This document shows, in pieces, positions 63,701 through 64,000 of a stretch of DNA of 64,000 nt. Source of the DNA: Magallana gigas (lineage: Eukaryota). The stretch is from assembly GCF_963853765.1 (NCBI RefSeq), contig NC_088859.1, positions 35,836,001 to 35,900,000 on the forward strand, given 5' to 3'. The translations under genes were made by a program, and so were the position numbers. The notes beneath the pieces are model-generated. The model searched no databases. It was not told where the DNA came from and worked only from the letters and a program-made list of their open reading frames with translations. The number at the start of each line of letters is the position of its first letter. Positions within the stretch are counted from its first letter, which is position 1.

Positions 63701-64000
63701 GAATGGCTAACCACATCAGTAAACCTCAGCAATTGTGACAGACAAAACAACAGTGTTCAACTATCACTGAATTCTGCTGTACCAGATGTCATTCCAGTGA
63801 GAAACTCTACACGCTTTTTGAGTGGAAAATCCTTATCAACTTACCACAGAGCCCCTAGTATAGAATCTTCTCTTCAGGAATCTGACGGAAATCTGACCCT
63901 TGAATCAGGCCGTGTGTCATATATCAGTGCAAGCAGCTCAAAACAATTAATACCCTCCAGCTCCAAAACACTTTCTCATAAAATTAAAGCAGAAGTTAAT
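60734..64000 (+). CDS. XK-related multipass membrane protein (Xkr scramblase family); 3'-partial
   Basis: Exons 60734-60815, 61533-61716, 61877-62067, 62247-62456, 62799-63086, 63351-63460 and 63644->64000 join in frame. XK signature LRLFESFLESAPQLLLQLY, plus QIFSFCW, HRYWR, SGRVLAIVVFA, GFIYVFCFLN, YYIVSMVEN, MMCLYYCCCHP; Ser-rich tail open to the window end. Confidence 0.9.

Overview
AT-rich animal genomic DNA with GT-AG introns. It is most likely an oyster (Crassostrea/Magallana-like), judged from a Cg170-like ~166-bp satellite and Helentron-type repeats that I recognise from memory, not from a database search. I reconstructed nine protein-coding genes by hand from splice sites and reading phase: TRIM RING/B-box/coiled-coil/NHL gene (+, 5' end outside the window), intronless-CDS TRIM-NHL gene (-), GPBP1/vasculin-like (-), NADK2 (-), SLC30A7/ZnT7 (+), EIF3H (-), UTP23 (+), TFB1M (-) and an XK-related gene (+, runs off the 3' end). 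Six of these form three head-to-head pairs, the third of which is inferred. Introns and spacers are filled with non-autonomous DNA transposons: four Helentron/HINE-type elements carrying 146-, 177-, ~166- and 437-bp satellites, a 1.6-kb foldback element with a 9-bp TSD, TTAA-flanked Kolobok-like elements (two with tRNA-like segments), TA-flanked MITEs and a hAT-like MITE. No transposase ORF, rRNA, intact tRNA or CRISPR array was seen. The most notable observations are: (1) a duplicated EIF3H splice donor separated by an in-frame (TC)n microsatellite; (2) a family of 66-86-bp perfect-hairpin micro-transposons with 9-bp TSDs; (3) a twice-inserted long-hairpin element capped by tandem GA mismatches and a GCGAAGC mini-hairpin; (4) the EIF3H-UTP23 divergent pair, also adjacent in human, with back-to-back TCT/TOP-like initiators. 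Coordinates were counted manually and may be off by a few bases.
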